A DNA stretch of 64,000 bases. It comes from Lama guanicoe (taxonomy: Eukaryota). Positions 10,991-24,824 of this stretch are shown in pieces. Each line of letters starts with the position of its first letter. The stretch's first letter is position 1. A program made the translations under genes and the position numbers. The notes beneath the pieces were generated by a model that searched no databases, was not told the DNA's origin, and saw only the letters and a program-made list of their open reading frames with translations. The stretch is taken from assembly GCA_013239625.1 (NCBI GenBank), contig MU054120.1, positions 434,001-498,000 of the forward strand, written 5' to 3'.

Positions 10991-12169
10991 GGCTGCGATT
11001 CTTTTCTGCCCTACTTCTCAGTTCCTCTAAATCACAGACGAGAAAATTTGCCTTAGTTTCAGCAGCAAGAAGCAAGAATCTACGACAGCCTCTCAAAGTT
11101 AAAATATTTATTCTGACACTTCAAGAACCAAAGACAACATGTCTTTGAGCCATCTTAGTTATAAATGCAAAACTCAGAATACTGTTTTCACCCGTCTGGA
11201 GAAAAACATTCCTATATAGCAAGAGGGAAGGATATAAATTTCCTTTCATGTCTCACAGACTAAATTTATACTTATCAATGTAAATATTATATATTTATGC
11301 ATTTTAATCGTCTTTTAAAAATATTTTAGGGAGTAAACAAAAATCAATCATGTATTTATAAAAATGAAGCAACTCGGGGATTTTGTCGCATGCCTGTGGC
11401 ATCTGGGGGCTATTTCTTATAGTCTTCATAGGTTTTTACATTTATAGTAACTTGATATTCAATTTTCTTTTTCATTTTTGGTTTTAAAAATAAACAACTA
11501 AATGACTTTTACATTTGAAGCCACTGAGATTTAAAATGTTTAATATCAATCATTAAAAAAAATAAGGTGGTGTGTTTGGCACTGATTTATAAAGAGATGT
11601 TTGTGACTTTCTTGAATTTTTTTAAGTTATATAAAATGTCTGTTTCCATCACTCTTCCGTTGCCTGTTCTTGGTATTTCTGTATCCTGTGACTACTGCTA
11701 TGTGGTAATGCTTGTTGTAATGTATGTTCTTCATAAAGTATAAGCTCATATGTCAGGCTCATAAGAACTAGTTTTTTGGTTTTTTTTTTTTAGGAAATGC
11801 AGTATTTCTGAAACATATGTAAATCTATAATATTACTCTTCTCATTGTCAGGTAGATTTCATTGAGAGTAATCTTAGGTATAAGCATTAAAATTCAGGTA
11901 CAACTTAGAAAACCTATTTAAAGTCTGCTGAACAGTGCCTTTGGGAAGGGAATAACTCTATTTTTCCAAAGCTCAATATTCAGTTCGTTTCATACAGCAG
12001 TGTGAATAAACCCGCAACTCCTAATGAAATAAGTGTGCTCTTTGAGGAAGCGTCAGCTCGTTCGTCACTTGCAGCAAACTCAAACACCCGGACGGTTGAA
12101 AATATTTCAATGTCCCAGACTTGGGTGCGTTATAAAACTGGTCTTCAGAGTGAAGTAAATGGAACATGA

Positions 12170-12310
12170 TTCAGCTCATTGGCTCCATCAACATGCAGAT
12201 TCGTGGGTTCAGTACAGGTCTAATGAATCAAATATCAGTGATGGGGGCCCTGGAACTTGCATTTTGATTATGCCCCCCAAATGCATCATGTACCTTCTGA
12301 AGATAGAGAT
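12170..12310. mobile_element. MER5-like hAT-Charlie DNA transposon fragment
   Basis: atgcagattc...gaatcaaatatc...gggccctggaacttgcatttt resembles MER5A. Confidence 0.5.
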
Positions 12311-12439
12311 TTGACATATTTCTCGGGTTTATTTGCCCTCTGAAATAACATTTTAGCTTAGAAGTATGAAAAACAGATGGAAATTTGTACAATTGGGAAA
12401 TTGCACTATAGGTGGTACCTTGAGTATTTAGGGACAGAG

Positions 12440-12660
12440 AACTTATATCTGTGGAATGCCTACATGCTGGATACTTTGTACATGTTAGTTAATTTAATCC
12501 TAACCACAGTCTTACGATAGGTATTGTTACATCAGTTTTATGGATAAGAAAACAGGCTTAACGGTACTGAATAACTTTACCAGAGTTACGCAGGTAATGA
12601 CAGGAAAATTAAAAAATTAAATCTAGTTACATCAAACTTTCCACTATGTCCTGCTGCTGG
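12440..12660. mobile_element. MIR SINE
   Basis: tttaatcctaaccacagtcttacgataggtattgttacatcagttttatggataagaaaacaggctta is the MIR core. Confidence 0.7.
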
Positions 12661-12839
12661 TTTGGATGGGGTACAAGGTGGGGGGCAAAGAAAGCAGTAC
12701 TTTTTGAAACAAACTTATGCTGGATGATAAGCATTTGGTCTATAGATTAATAAAACAAATGAATAAGGAAGGAATTCCTACCTCCACTTCACAGATGAGA
12801 CACAAAGAAGTTAAGTAACTCGCTGATAAAGACAAGTTT

Positions 12840-14890
12840 ATTTGTACACTTATTTATGTACATATTAAATGTCTAAAAGGATTAGATACGAAGATGAGCA
12901 GAGCATGCGTCAGGTCTGCCCCCGTGGAGTTCACAGACTAGTTTTAGTGGCAAATAATTAAATTGATCTGTGGTATAATTTGTAATAAATGCTACCAGAG
13001 CAAAACTAACAGGAGAAATGTAATTTAGATCTCAAAGAGGGCCTATCCAGAGAAGTAACATTTGAGCTAAGGTATAAATTATGAGTAAGATTAACAAAAT
13101 GAAGAGTGAGAGAAAAAGCATTCCAGGTGGACGGACTACCATGTGAAGAGTCTATAAGGCAGAAAAAAAGTGGGTCCTTTAGGAAATGGAAGAAGGACAG
13201 TGTGACCAGCATAGGGGACAAGGGGTGAGTGGTGCAATATGATGTTGGAATCAGTGACCAGATCACTGAGGCCTTTGATGGTAAAATTAAAGATTCGTGA
13301 CAATTCTTCATTGTTAAAACAAAGATGGAGAAGGAGAGAGAATACAGTTTACATTTTGGAAGACTATACTGAGTGTTCTGTAGATAGACCAGCTTGGTCA
13401 TGGAGTAGTTCACATGAGACAGGTCGGATAAGACTAAGTGAGAGTGGAAACACAGATGTAGAAATGGAGAGTAATTTTTAAAATTGGGTTTAGAATCATC
13501 TGAGCTTCAGACAGGATGGAGGAGGACTAAAGGACAGAGCTATGTTGAAAATGATTTTTTAATTCTCTTTCTTTAGCAACTGTATAAGGAGAGAAAAGAG
13601 GACCATATGCTGAGAAAAGGAGCACTGTGGAGGAGCAGGTGAAATAAGGAAGGGAGGACATGGATGGGAATGTATATACAGAGGGGCTTTTTGAGCACAA
13701 AGGTAGTATTTTAACCCGTGAGAGTAAAGGAGCTCCTTGGAGGAAAGAGTGTAGAATGAGAAACAAAGAAAGCCCAAGAATTTAAGCAGGAAAGGAGTGA
13801 GGCAGTGGGGCCTGAGCTGGAGAAGCCAGACAGATAGGGAACCAGCAGCCTGATGGTGTCATGGAAACCAAGAAAAGGGAGAACTTCCAGAATGGGATGG
13901 GCAGTTTTGTCGGGGACTTGAGAGAGGGCTGTGTTCTTCGCATGGTCAAACCCAGCGCATGGTTTTCAGTTTTCTGAAAATCTTGGCAGTAAAAGTGTGT
14001 AGGGAATAAGGGTAAAATTTGGAGATTTAAGAGTTAGGAAAGAGTACTTTTTAGGCAGAACATATAATTTTCATATAATAATAGGAAGGATACAAGAAGT
14101 GGGAAGACTGATGATCTGGAAAAATAACAGTTAAGGGAAAAAGAGATGTTTTTGAGAAGTCAGGAACATGTGGAGGACCTTTGGCAGGAGAAGGGGTACT
14201 TTTTCTTTTTTGATGGATAAGAATAATAAATGATCGTGATGATGACAATGGTAATGGCTGGCACTTTTTTGCTGTATGCTGTACCCTTTTCTGATGTGTA
14301 TGTATGTGTATGTATGTTATTATATGATACGAATATGTTATATTTATGTAGACTAATTAAACCAGTATGATCTATTAATTTTTCTAGTACCTTTGTAAGG
14401 TTGGTATTATCATTTCATACATGGGGGCACAAAACGTGTAAGTAATTTGCCCAGGTTCCACAGTAGTAAATGATGAAATGGGTTTGACCCAGAGCCTGTG
14501 CTCAGAACTGCAGATCTACTGGGAGAAAGGTGAATTCCTTCCTGTCTGATTACTTCTTCCTGCACGATGTGTAAGGCAAAGTCATCGACTGAAGGATGCA
14601 GGAATGGTGGCGGTGAAGGAGATAAAGGGAGATTGTTAAGTGTGTGAAATAATGGTTAGAGACAATGGCGGGGGGTAAATTTATAGGAGTGTGGTGAGAT
14701 TTTCAGATGGTGGTAAGTACTCATTTGAGTTTAGTGGTACAGATCTCCCTGGTTTTGTGATTGAATCCCTTCTATAAGATGCTGAATGAATCCAGATAAA
14801 AGGAAGTGGAGATTGGTTTCATTAGGACTAGAGTGGTTTTGTTTTTATTTTGTTTTGCCAAGGAAGTTGAGGATATTTGCAAAGGAATAG
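12840..14890 (-). mobile_element. Long degraded LINE-2 interrupted by a MIR (~14330-14510)
   Basis: Serial L2 motifs: gaagtaacatttgagctaagg, gcattccaggtggacgg, ggtgtcatggaaaccaagaaaagggag. Confidence 0.65.
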
Positions 14891-16284
14891 CGAATCAAGA
14901 GTGTAAAATCTAAGTCGATCTACATTTTATTCACCTCTACTGCGTTGCCACCAGTAATTACTGGATTACTACAGGCAAGCGAAAAATTAATAACGGTGCA
15001 CCAAACTGCGACTCTAAAACTGGAAGAAAGAATTTAAAGGGAGGAAACAAAAAAATGCTACATGGCTAGTTCCCAGTAACATCATAATATGCTCTGTTTG
15101 GGAAAGTGATAGAGATTCTTCTGATTTACAAAAGTATGTTCTGAACATACCTACATTTGGAGAATCTTCTAGGATTGCTAGCAATATTATGCCCCAGGCA
15201 CATTGCTGGGATTTAATGTATTTTTTCCAAAACGTTTAACTTTTGAAGCAAAGTGCATTTTTCCTATACATTTGCTGTATTTTTTCTTAAATTCTTTATT
15301 TTCTTAAAACTATTTCCCATATCTGCTTTATCCTTGTTAATGGACGCAAGCAAAGTTACAATTTCATGGAAATTAATGTTGATTAAAATAGATTTTCTGT
15401 CACTTATATAGGAAAGACATGTACATAATTGCTCAAAATCTAAGCAGCAATGGTGTGTAAATTGATTCCTTTAAGAGAAATGTGCTGTTTAAGGTCACTA
15501 TTTCATGCATGCATCATTCATTACCCCTGGTGACACTATATTGCTTATTCAAAGTTATCTCAAAGCCAGAAACAAATAAAGAGCTAGGCCTAAGCTGGTG
15601 AGAAATGTGGTTTATTAGCATTTTTACATATTCTTGCAAGTAAAGTTTCACTAAATGGATCCACATGGGAATGGTCTTGAATAGATAATTTTTCTCTGCA
15701 AATCTTTCATTGTAGGATCAAAGATTATGAATTTTACAACCATAAACAATGTTAAATTTATTTTATTCCAATCTCAGATACACATAATTTATTTCTGAGT
15801 TTTATGCACAATCAGCTTCCATATATTAACGTGCAAATGTTGGTTCGTGCCTCTATTTTAATTACAAAGCAGAATCAGTAATCCATATGTAAAATTTTGG
15901 AAAGTGCCCACCTAGTAAATATTAGAATTTACTCATATATCAAAATTTACTGTGATGAAAACTAGTCATTTTTTGTTGACATTTACATGTGTCTCTCCAA
16001 AGCAGTGGCTAAAATTTATAAACCCTAAAATATGTTGATGATATTAAATTAAGATCTTTTTCATGCCACTTGACTTTGACAAAGACTTATCAGAATGAAC
16101 AAAATCAAGGGGCTTTACAGAGGACGCCCGGACAGGTCTGATGGGATGCAGTGCAGACCTCAGAATGAACCCCTTCACAGTGATTTCTGGAATCCCAGCA
16201 GTAAAGCAGAGCAAAACCCAAAAGATAGGGTGCTAGGAAGTCAAAGGAGTGGTGATGGTTCCCATAAGGGACAAGAGTTAATAT

Positions 16285-16740
16285 TCAGTAATTCACTTAC
16301 TCGGTACATAGTACATGCCTACAGTATATCTGGCAATCTTTTAGAGAGCAGAGATAGAGCGATTACAAAATCCATGGACCTCACGTTCTAATGAAGGGGA
16401 GAGACAGTAAATAATGGACGTAACGAAGAAGCAACTGTTAGAAAGGGATAAACGCTATAGGAAAAATAAAACAAAGCAAGCAAACAAAAAAACAGTGCTA
16501 GGCAAGAGGGGCCCAGAATGTACAGTGTGGAGCTGATCACACGTTTAAGTAGGGTTATTAGCAGAGGCACACCCTGGGAGGAAGTGAGAATTGGCTGTGC
16601 AGAAATTTGGAGGAAGAGAAGGCTGGCAGTGGGAAGTCGCCCAAGCAGGGCCGTGCCTGGCTTGCTCGTAAGAGAAGGTCAGTGTGTGTGGAGCAAAGTG
16701 AGTCAGGGTGAGGGTGCCTGGGTGCAGGGACAGAGAAGTC
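16285..16740 (-). mobile_element. LINE-2 3' fragment
   Basis: attcacttactcggtacatagtacatgcctacagtat...ctcacgttctaatgaaggggagagacag is the L2 3' end in antisense. Confidence 0.65.
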
Positions 16741-18546
16741 CTGGTGGGGCTGCCGGTCTGTGGCTTCTGTCTTCCCTGTGCTGTTTATGTCCTTTTCTGT
16801 ATCTTTTCTTCCCTTTTCTCTAGTTCTAAAAGGAAGGGGACAGCGTGATGGGCTGCCTCATGAATAAATGGGAGGGGAGAAGAGGGGGAGAAGTTGGGGT
16901 CTGCAGGATGGGTAGATGGGAGGACCTTGGGGGAGTGACTACATGGTCCCTGATGGAGTGTGAAGAGAAGGGCAGGGTGAGACAGGTTTGGACTGAATCC
17001 TGCCTATGTCACTAACTAGCTCCTGACCAAAAACAAACAGACAAACAAAAAACCCCAAAAACCACATGACTTAACTTCCCTGAATGTTGATCTCCTCTGT
17101 GATAAAATGGGCGTCATGATGCTTTATCCCTAAAATCGCCATGTAAGCTGTTGGGCCCTGGGCCTGGGGAAGAGCAGGCAGATTGTCTCCTTCCTTCTTC
17201 TGTTCCGGCCGCCGGGCACGGTCCCTGATGTCAGCCCAGAGGTTATCAGCTCCTTCTGAGAGTAACTTTGGATTTGAGTAAAAGAACTGTAATTCTGGCA
17301 TTATATCAACAAAAAGACCTACTGAAACAATTATCTAGAATAAACTGGACTCACAAAGATAACAAGAAAAATATTTTCAACTTTTTCCCACTGCACGTTC
17401 AAACCTGTTCGAGGGAACTAATTTTATTTTATTTTTTTGGCCACTCCCCATTGAATAAAACCTAGAAAAAAGTTCCAGGCTTTTTCAGGTCACTGCCTGT
17501 GTGCCTGGGGCAGAGGAGGTCCTGAAGGTCTTCTCATTATTTTCCTGCCTCCAGTGCCCCTCCCCTACCATTAGGTCGTCTCTGAAAGACAGGACAGGTG
17601 CAGGGCAGGTAAGTGCTTACCTGATGGAGATTGTTGTGAGCTGCTGTTTGTTCTCCGTTGTCTGGCAGAAGTTTAAAATGAACACTTTTCTTGTGGGATG
17701 ATTTTGGGGTTCTCGAGAGACTGCAATACTGGGAATCTTTCTCTTGAAGATCCTTTGAAATGAATTACTTTATCTGTTTCAAAAATGGATTGCTTTATCT
17801 ATTTCAACGAGCCATTCATATGTTCTGCTCAGCCCTGAGGCACCCAGGAGTACCCTCTCTGCCAGAGTCACCTCACACGTCCAGGTGGCCCTCTTAGACA
17901 AGACCCAGGCTGGCCCCAGTTTGTCTTGCTCACCCAAGGAGCCCATTTTTGTTCCACTGGAAGTAGTCATGCCTCCTTTATCTCAACAAACCCTGGGGAT
18001 GCTGGCCACCTTCAGTATCTTACTCAGCATTTCGAGTAGCCACAACTGTAAAGCTTTAGATTTTTCAGATTTAAATCCAACATCAATAAGTACATCCCTG
18101 AATATCCAGGAGACACATGGTCTTTTGAAGCTTAAAATGAGGTTCAAATGCCTTCACCCTCCTCCAATGCGGGTAGGACGGAACTCAGACAATTTCCTGT
18201 GGACCCATCTCCAATTTTTAGCTTCTATACTTTAAGCCCAGAAGGAGTGACGAACCAAGGGTGAGAAACTAGTGCTCTGCCATCTCCTTTTTAAGTCCTG
18301 CTTAGACAGTCTTACAGTGTGAGAGTCAGTAGAAATTCTACTGGGACTCAGTTTGGGACCTAGCCAAACTGAGACTGAAGTCAGTCCATTTCACATCACG
18401 TTACACTCATCTTCTCAAGAAACAAAATAGCATGTCATAGAATAAAAAGTTCAGAGATGAAACATTTCTCAACTATCCATGCCACAAATATAAACAAGCG
18501 TTAAAAGAAAAATCTCAGTTCCTGGAAAGGCGGGGAGAGTGTCAGT

Positions 18547-18652
18547 GCACATTTAGGTGGTTTCCATGCTTTGGCTCTTGTAAGTAGTACTTCTGTGAAC
18601 ACTGGGGTGCACATATCTTTTTGAATTAAAGTTCCCTCCCAATACATCCCTG
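18547..18652 (-). mobile_element. Short internal LINE-1 fragment
   Basis: cacatttaggtggtttccatgctttggctcttgtaagtagt...gaacactggggtgcacatatctttttgaattaaagttccctcc is antisense L1 ORF2 end. Confidence 0.75.
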
Positions 18653-19354
18653 CTTTTAGACAACGTTCCCAGTGTTTTCTTGGTACAGCAGTGCGGCATT
18701 ACTTAGATGCAACTAATGCAGTGTTATTTTAAAACACTCGCTGTTGTTTGTAATAAATACCTTTCCTGGAAACCAACCGTGATATTAATGAAAAGTAGGC
18801 TCAAACAAAGCAAGTGGTGTTCTTGACTATTTCACCTGGCAAGGGCTCTAATAAATAAACATAAAAGAAATTATGTATTCTCATCAACAAATACAGAAAC
18901 ATACCCATTCCTGCTACAAAGCAGCTATATTTTAGGTTTATCAGACTGAATTAGTTTGCCTTTTGGTCCCATGTTAGAAATTAAATGACTTCCCTTCTAT
19001 GAATGTAGTTTCCACATAATTTCTAATATTTGGAATATATTTTGAAAGTTAGTTGAATCTGTGACTTCTTATAATAAATTCATGACTAGATTGCTTTCAA
19101 ATTAATTGAAATTGGAAGGAAAAATTAGCCAGGATGATCATAATAAAATAAGGCACAAATAAATTTCTCAAAGGGAGCTATTTGATATCTGCTTATCGTG
19201 AATAATAGAGGGTGATGAAGTCCTCTGAATTCACTTTTTCTCTTCTCTCTCCTGGGACTTCTAAACTAGAGAACATAAAAGGAAAATATCCATTTACTAA
19301 GAAAAAAACTTTATATTTACAATCTTTTTATTATCCATACATTATTGTGAAGCC

Positions 19355-19965
19355 ATTGTAGTAGACAACGCAGTTGACTCACCAACATCTGTTCCTTTTC
19401 AGATTATTATTCTGAGCCAGTCACAGTAATTCCTTTCTTCTGACCACTAATTAGCTCAGAAATGGACGTGTGACCCAAATCTTGTGAAGAAAATCCAACT
19501 CAGGGATCTGGGAAAGTTTTCTTTGTCTTAGATGAGAGCAACAGGAGGGAACAGCTTATCTCTTTGCACTGGAAGAGCAGGCAACGAGCACTTTCGCATT
19601 TATGTTGCTACCTACCTGAATATGAAGCTGGTGCCAAGGATCACAGGTCAGACAGGGAACAGACGCATAGTTGACAACTCAAACCAACTCTGGAGCACAT
19701 GCCCTACAATGGGCTTCCACTTATATAATAAAGTCCTGTCTTCATTTGTTTGTTTACTCATTGTCTACATTCCCACTAGGACATAAGCGCTAGGAAGCAA
19801 GGACATTGTTTTGTTCACAGTTGTAGCTCCAAAGCCTAGATCAGTGGCTGGTGCATGGTAGGTACTCAGGATTGGTCAAGTGAATAAATAAATAACAAAC
19901 TTTGTTACTTTAAAGACAGCTTGAATCAGGGTTTTCTCTTTCTTGTAGCTGAAAGCACACTAATT
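19355..19965 (+). mobile_element. Old MaLR LTR (MLT1J/K-like) with an L2 fragment inside (~19770-19890)
   Basis: gacgtgtgacccaaatc...tctgggaaagttttct...gttttctctttcttgtagctgaaagc. The L2 tail is tcagtggctggtgcatggtaggtactcag...gaataaataaat. Confidence 0.5.
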
Positions 19966-20248
19966 GATAAAATCAGTTGTTAGTATCCTGAAGAAAATTA
20001 TTATGCTAGTTTTGAAGCTTGGCTTACAGCAAGAGAAGGTCTACATAGCCCCACATGGGTGAAGAAACTTAGGATCTATTTTAGATACACCATAGGAGTA
20101 TGAGCAAAAAAGTATATATACTGAGGTTGTTAGGATCCAGGTTCTCGTTGTGGGGAGAAAAAAGAGATACAAAAATGGAAGAAGAAAAAAGCCTGTGATG
20201 TTGATTGGAATTTAGAGGTTGATTAAAATACGTAAGAATGACACCATG

Positions 20249-21624
20249 AACAAGAATAAATTCAAAATGGATTAAAGACTAAAATGTAAGACCTGAAACT
20301 GTAAAACATACAGAAGAAAACATAGGCACTATACTCTTTGACATTCGTCTTAATTAATTTTGGGGGGGATCTTGTCTCCTCAAGCATGGGAAATAAAATC
20401 AAAAATAAATGGGATTATGTAAGACTGAAAAGCTTTTGCACAGTGAAGGGGACTATCAACAAAATGAAAGGTCAGCCTACTGAATGGGAGAAGATATTTG
20501 CAAGTGATATATAAGACAAAGGGATAATATCCAAAATATACAAAGAGCTCATATAAGTCAACATCAAAAAAGCAAATAACCTGATTAAAAAATGAGCAGA
20601 GGATCTGAATAGATAGTTTTCCAAAGAAGACATACTGATAGCGAACAGGCATGTGGAAAGATGCTCAACATCACTGATCATCAGGGAAATGCAAATGAAA
20701 ACCACAGTGAGGTACCACCTCACACCTGTCAGACCGGCTGTTATCTAAATGACAACAAATAAGTGTTGGTGATGATGTGGAGAAAAGGGAACCCTACTGC
20801 ACTGTTGGTGGGAACATAAATTGGTGCAGCCACTAAGGCAAACAGAACGGAGGTTCTTCATAAAAAATTGAAAATAGAACTAGCATATAATCCAGTGATT
20901 CTGCTCCTCCTGGGTATTTATCTGAAGAAAACGAAAACACTAATTTGAAAAGATATATGCATTTCTATGTTCATTGCAACATTATTTACAAAAGCCAAGA
21001 TATAGAAGCAATCTAAGTGCCCATAAGTAGATGAATAAAGAAGATACAGTATATATGTATATATATTTATATATATGTGTGTATATATATATGAATATTA
21101 CTCAGCTATAAAAAAGAATGAAATCTTGCCATTTGTGACAGTGTGGGTGGACCTAGAGGGTATTATGCTAAGTGAAGTCAAACAGAGAAAGACAAATACT
21201 GTATGATTTCACTTGTGCATGGCATCTAAAATACAAAACAAATGAACAAACATAACAAAAGAGAAAAAGAGTCATCGATTCAGGAAAAACAACCCCCCCC
21301 CCCAAAAACAGATGGTTGCCAAAAGGGAAGGAGGGTGAGGGGAGAAGAGAAGTAGGTGAAGGAGACTGAGGTACGTACTTCCAGTTGCAAAATAAATGAG
21401 TCATGGGTATGAAATATACAGTGTGGGAAATATAGTCAAGAATTATGTAATATTTTTGCATAGTGACAGACAGTAACTAGACTTAACATGGTGATCATTT
21501 TGAAATGTATAGAAGTACTGAATTACTATGTTTTGTAACAGGAACTAACATAATGTTGTAGGACAATTGTACTTCAAAAACAAACAAACAAAATCATCAA
21601 AAAAGAGATCAGACTTTGTGGTTG
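20249..21624 (+). mobile_element. LINE-1 3' fragment (ORF2 C-terminus plus 3' UTR)
   Basis: aaattcaaaatggattaaagac...aaaagcttttgcacag...gatgctcaacatcactgatcatcagggaaatgcaaat...tgcactgttggtgggaa, then L1MA-type 3' UTR. Stops and frameshifts present. Confidence 0.92.
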
Positions 21625-21925
21625 TATTTTAATCAACCTTTAAATGAAGAAGAATATGTGCCATAATGTGGGTGGGCCTCGCCCAATCAGTTGAAGGCCT
21701 TAAGAGACAAGATGGAGGTCTTCTTTTTCTGGTTCCAAACTGCCTTCAGACTCAAGATTGCAACATCAACTCGTATTAGAATTTCCAGCCTGCAAGCCTG
21801 GCTGATCTGTGAATTTCAGGCTTACAAGCCCCCACAATTGTGTGAGCCAATTTTTAAAATAAACCCCTCTTTTATATAATATACATACTGCTGATTCTGT
21901 TCTTTGGAGAACACTGACTAATACA
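21625..21925 (+). mobile_element. ERVL LTR fragment (MLT2-like)
   Basis: aatgtgggtgggcctcgcccaatcagttgaaggcc...tgtgagccaattttt...gattctgtctttggagaacactgactaataca is the MLT2 3' half. Confidence 0.8.
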
Positions 21926-21929
21926 CCCT

Positions 21930-23345
21930 TTATATAGAACTAAAGACAATTTGGAACAGGCACAGAAACAGGATGGTGTGAGGGTAAGGCACTGACACCA
22001 GAGAGGGTAAAATCAAGGTAATCACTCAAAGGGAAACACAAGGACAAAGAGATGGAAAATGGGTCAGAGAAGATAAGAAAAATGAGTATTCTGATCTAGG
22101 AGGTCCAAAATTTAACTAAGAGTAGATTCAAGTCTAGGAAAAGGACAGAAAAAAGGAAGGGACAAAATTATCAAAAGAATACATCAAGGAAAGTACATCA
22201 TTCTTAAGGCTGAAAGGGCACCTTGATGGTCCCAGAAAAATGAATGAAAAAGACCTTCACCAAGTCCCATCACCAAGACAAACACCAGGAAAAAGAGAAG
22301 TCACTACAGCTTCCAAAGTGAAGGACAGATCAACTAGCGAAATATGGGATTCAGAATCCCACTTCTAATCAACTCTTGATACTTAGCCCTCAAACTTTTG
22401 AGGAAAAAAAACACAGTGTGTTTTTTAAAACTAGAATTCCATACCCAGGCAAAAAATAAATCAAGCATAAGGGTAAGATAAAACCATTTTTAGACATACA
22501 CTTAACATGATAATAATAACAACAAATCAAGCACTTTTTCTGACTAAGTCATGAGAGGATGTTCTTTGTTCAGTAAAATGAGGATTAAATGTTTTTAAAG
22601 TAAAGCAAAGGGTCCATAAAGAAGGACCCAAGTGAGGGCATCAGCAGAAAGAAGTTCCTGGAAAGCATCTGGTCTCTTTAAGTTTGGGGAACAATCCCTA
22701 CAAATCAGAGCAGAAAGCTGCAAAAGGCAGGGGAGGCAGTCCTGGAAGCAAATACAAATGAGAGATTTGATGTGTTTGGGTATTTGGAGAAAATTACCAA
22801 TAGATATTTGACAAATTCACAGCAGCATAAAACAGTGGTAATGCTTACATAGAAAACTAAGCCAATGAGAAAAGGAAGTAATTAACCACAGAGGAAACAG
22901 AAAAGCTGAACAAAACGGGAGATACAAGGAGCGAACAGGTCATACATTGTCTTAATAATGTAAATTGTGACTTTTTGCTTTAACCCCAAAACCCCTAACT
23001 GATACAGCTGTTTTGAGGGAATGGGGAAAATGAGGGTAGAGGAAGTCGAGAGGTATCTTCTTAACTACCGCAAAAGGAAGGCAATAGAGAACAAGTAAAG
23101 GTGATTCAATTAAGAAGAAACAATATAAATTTCCTATTTAGATAAATGGATATAAATATCAGAAGAAACAGCTAAAGACTTGAAAGTGGTTGCTCCAGGG
23201 TAATAATACTGGAAAATAGGGAGGGACAGGCCAGAAGACAGTTTTTAATATCAGGAATTTTATTACTGTTTGTATAATAAACATATTAATAATCTTTGAT
23301 TTTAAAACTTGGGTAGATATATTTTCATTTAAAAATTAATTTTCG
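21930..23345 (+). mobile_element. Old L1ME/HAL1-like element
   Basis: A-rich ORF1-like sequence (agaattccatacccaggcaaa) ending in the HAL1-type tail gaaacagctaaagacttgaaagtggttgctccaggg. Confidence 0.55.
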
Positions 23346-23721
23346 AGAAGTAAGAGCAATATGCATCTCATGCATATGTAATGAGGAAAACTATTGCAGT
23401 GATGACTTACAGAGGATGATGATTATTTCCATATGGTTTACCCTTTGTAAGGCATCTTCGTTCTTAGAATTATAAGTGTGTGTAAAATTGTGACTGAGTG
23501 AAAGACAAGAATTTCAGTATTGTGAAGCTTGCTTCAGGTGAAAAACACTTTCTTCTATTTTACATAGAATTTATTCTCTAACCAAATCCAGGACAAGCTA
23601 CTCTGCCATTTTTGAACTGAATGTTTGCTCCTTCTTTTTATTCTTTTGACAAGAATTTGAGTACGTGGGCAGAATATTTGAAAGACTGTCATGTGAACAA
23701 AAGTAAAGAACTAAATGTGTG

Positions 23722-24170
23722 TGTGATACAGACGGTTAGTCTATTCCAACATCCCTTCTCCTCTTCATGTCAGTGGTAAGAATCCCAATTCAGTCTGCTT
23801 CCTAGAGAAGAGAGAAATTATGCACTGACGTCAGCCTCCCTGGAAGCTCTGTGTTGCCAAGTGATTAAATGTTGGCTAGTGAAATGTAAGTAAAAGTATT
23901 TTTGTAAGTTCTGTGAGATCTTAGAGCTTCTTTGTCCCTTTCTTTATCCTGCTGCCTAGAATAGGAAGGGAAATGTGATGGCTGGAGTTTATGCATCCAT
24001 CTTGGACCGAGAAGTTGAGGGCCACATCAGGGATGGAGTGATGAAAACCAGACATGCATATCATGGGGCCACTATACCAATCATGGACTTCTTTCTTGTA
24101 AGAGAAGAATTTAATTTTTTACATTGAGCTTCTCAGTTTTACCATATGTAGTATGAAATCAATTGTTTTT
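23722..24170 (+). mobile_element. Old MaLR LTR (MLT1I/J-like)
   Basis: ttggctagtgaaatgtaagtaaaagt...tcctgctgcctagaa...gtgatggctggag...ccatcttggacc motifs. Confidence 0.55.
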
Positions 24171-24824
24171 CTTTCCTCTAAGATTTAGAGTACTTAAATT
24201 TTAATGTAGAATTAGAAGCAATAGAGAATAGTATCGTAGTAATAGAATGTGCAGGATTATAGTAATGCAGTGTTCAGGCCTTGTGTCTCACGTTTTCTCC
24301 TAAATAACCACAACTCACCTTCCAGTAAAACACACTGTAAATGGACGTTAATTTTGAATGTGAGTTATTAGCGTGACTTAAGAAGCAGTGGAATTATTGT
24401 GGGTGGCAATGAATAGAATCATAAACAGATTGATGGGAATATGAGTTATATTTGTTAAAAGCATTACTGCCAGAGTTACAATTACTTACAAAGTAGGTAC
24501 TTGAAACCAGCTATATGCAGGGATACATTTAACTAAAGTTCAGCAGAATCAGTTAATAGGTTTACTGAGAATATTGCTACTGTCAGCTTCTACTGGCATT
24601 GCTGGCCACATGATAAATTTAAGACTATTGTACTAATAGGAAGCACAGATGAAACTTGTCGTGTATTAACATCTCATCCTTAAAAAGTGGCTATTTTATT
24701 TTATTAAAAGCTCTACTTGTTTCTAATCCACTGTATTTCCTGAGTGACCTATACTGAGGAGGTTTATGTAAAGTGATTTTATAAAAGGGCTGTGACTGGG
24801 GGGATGTTAACTGCACCTATTGAC

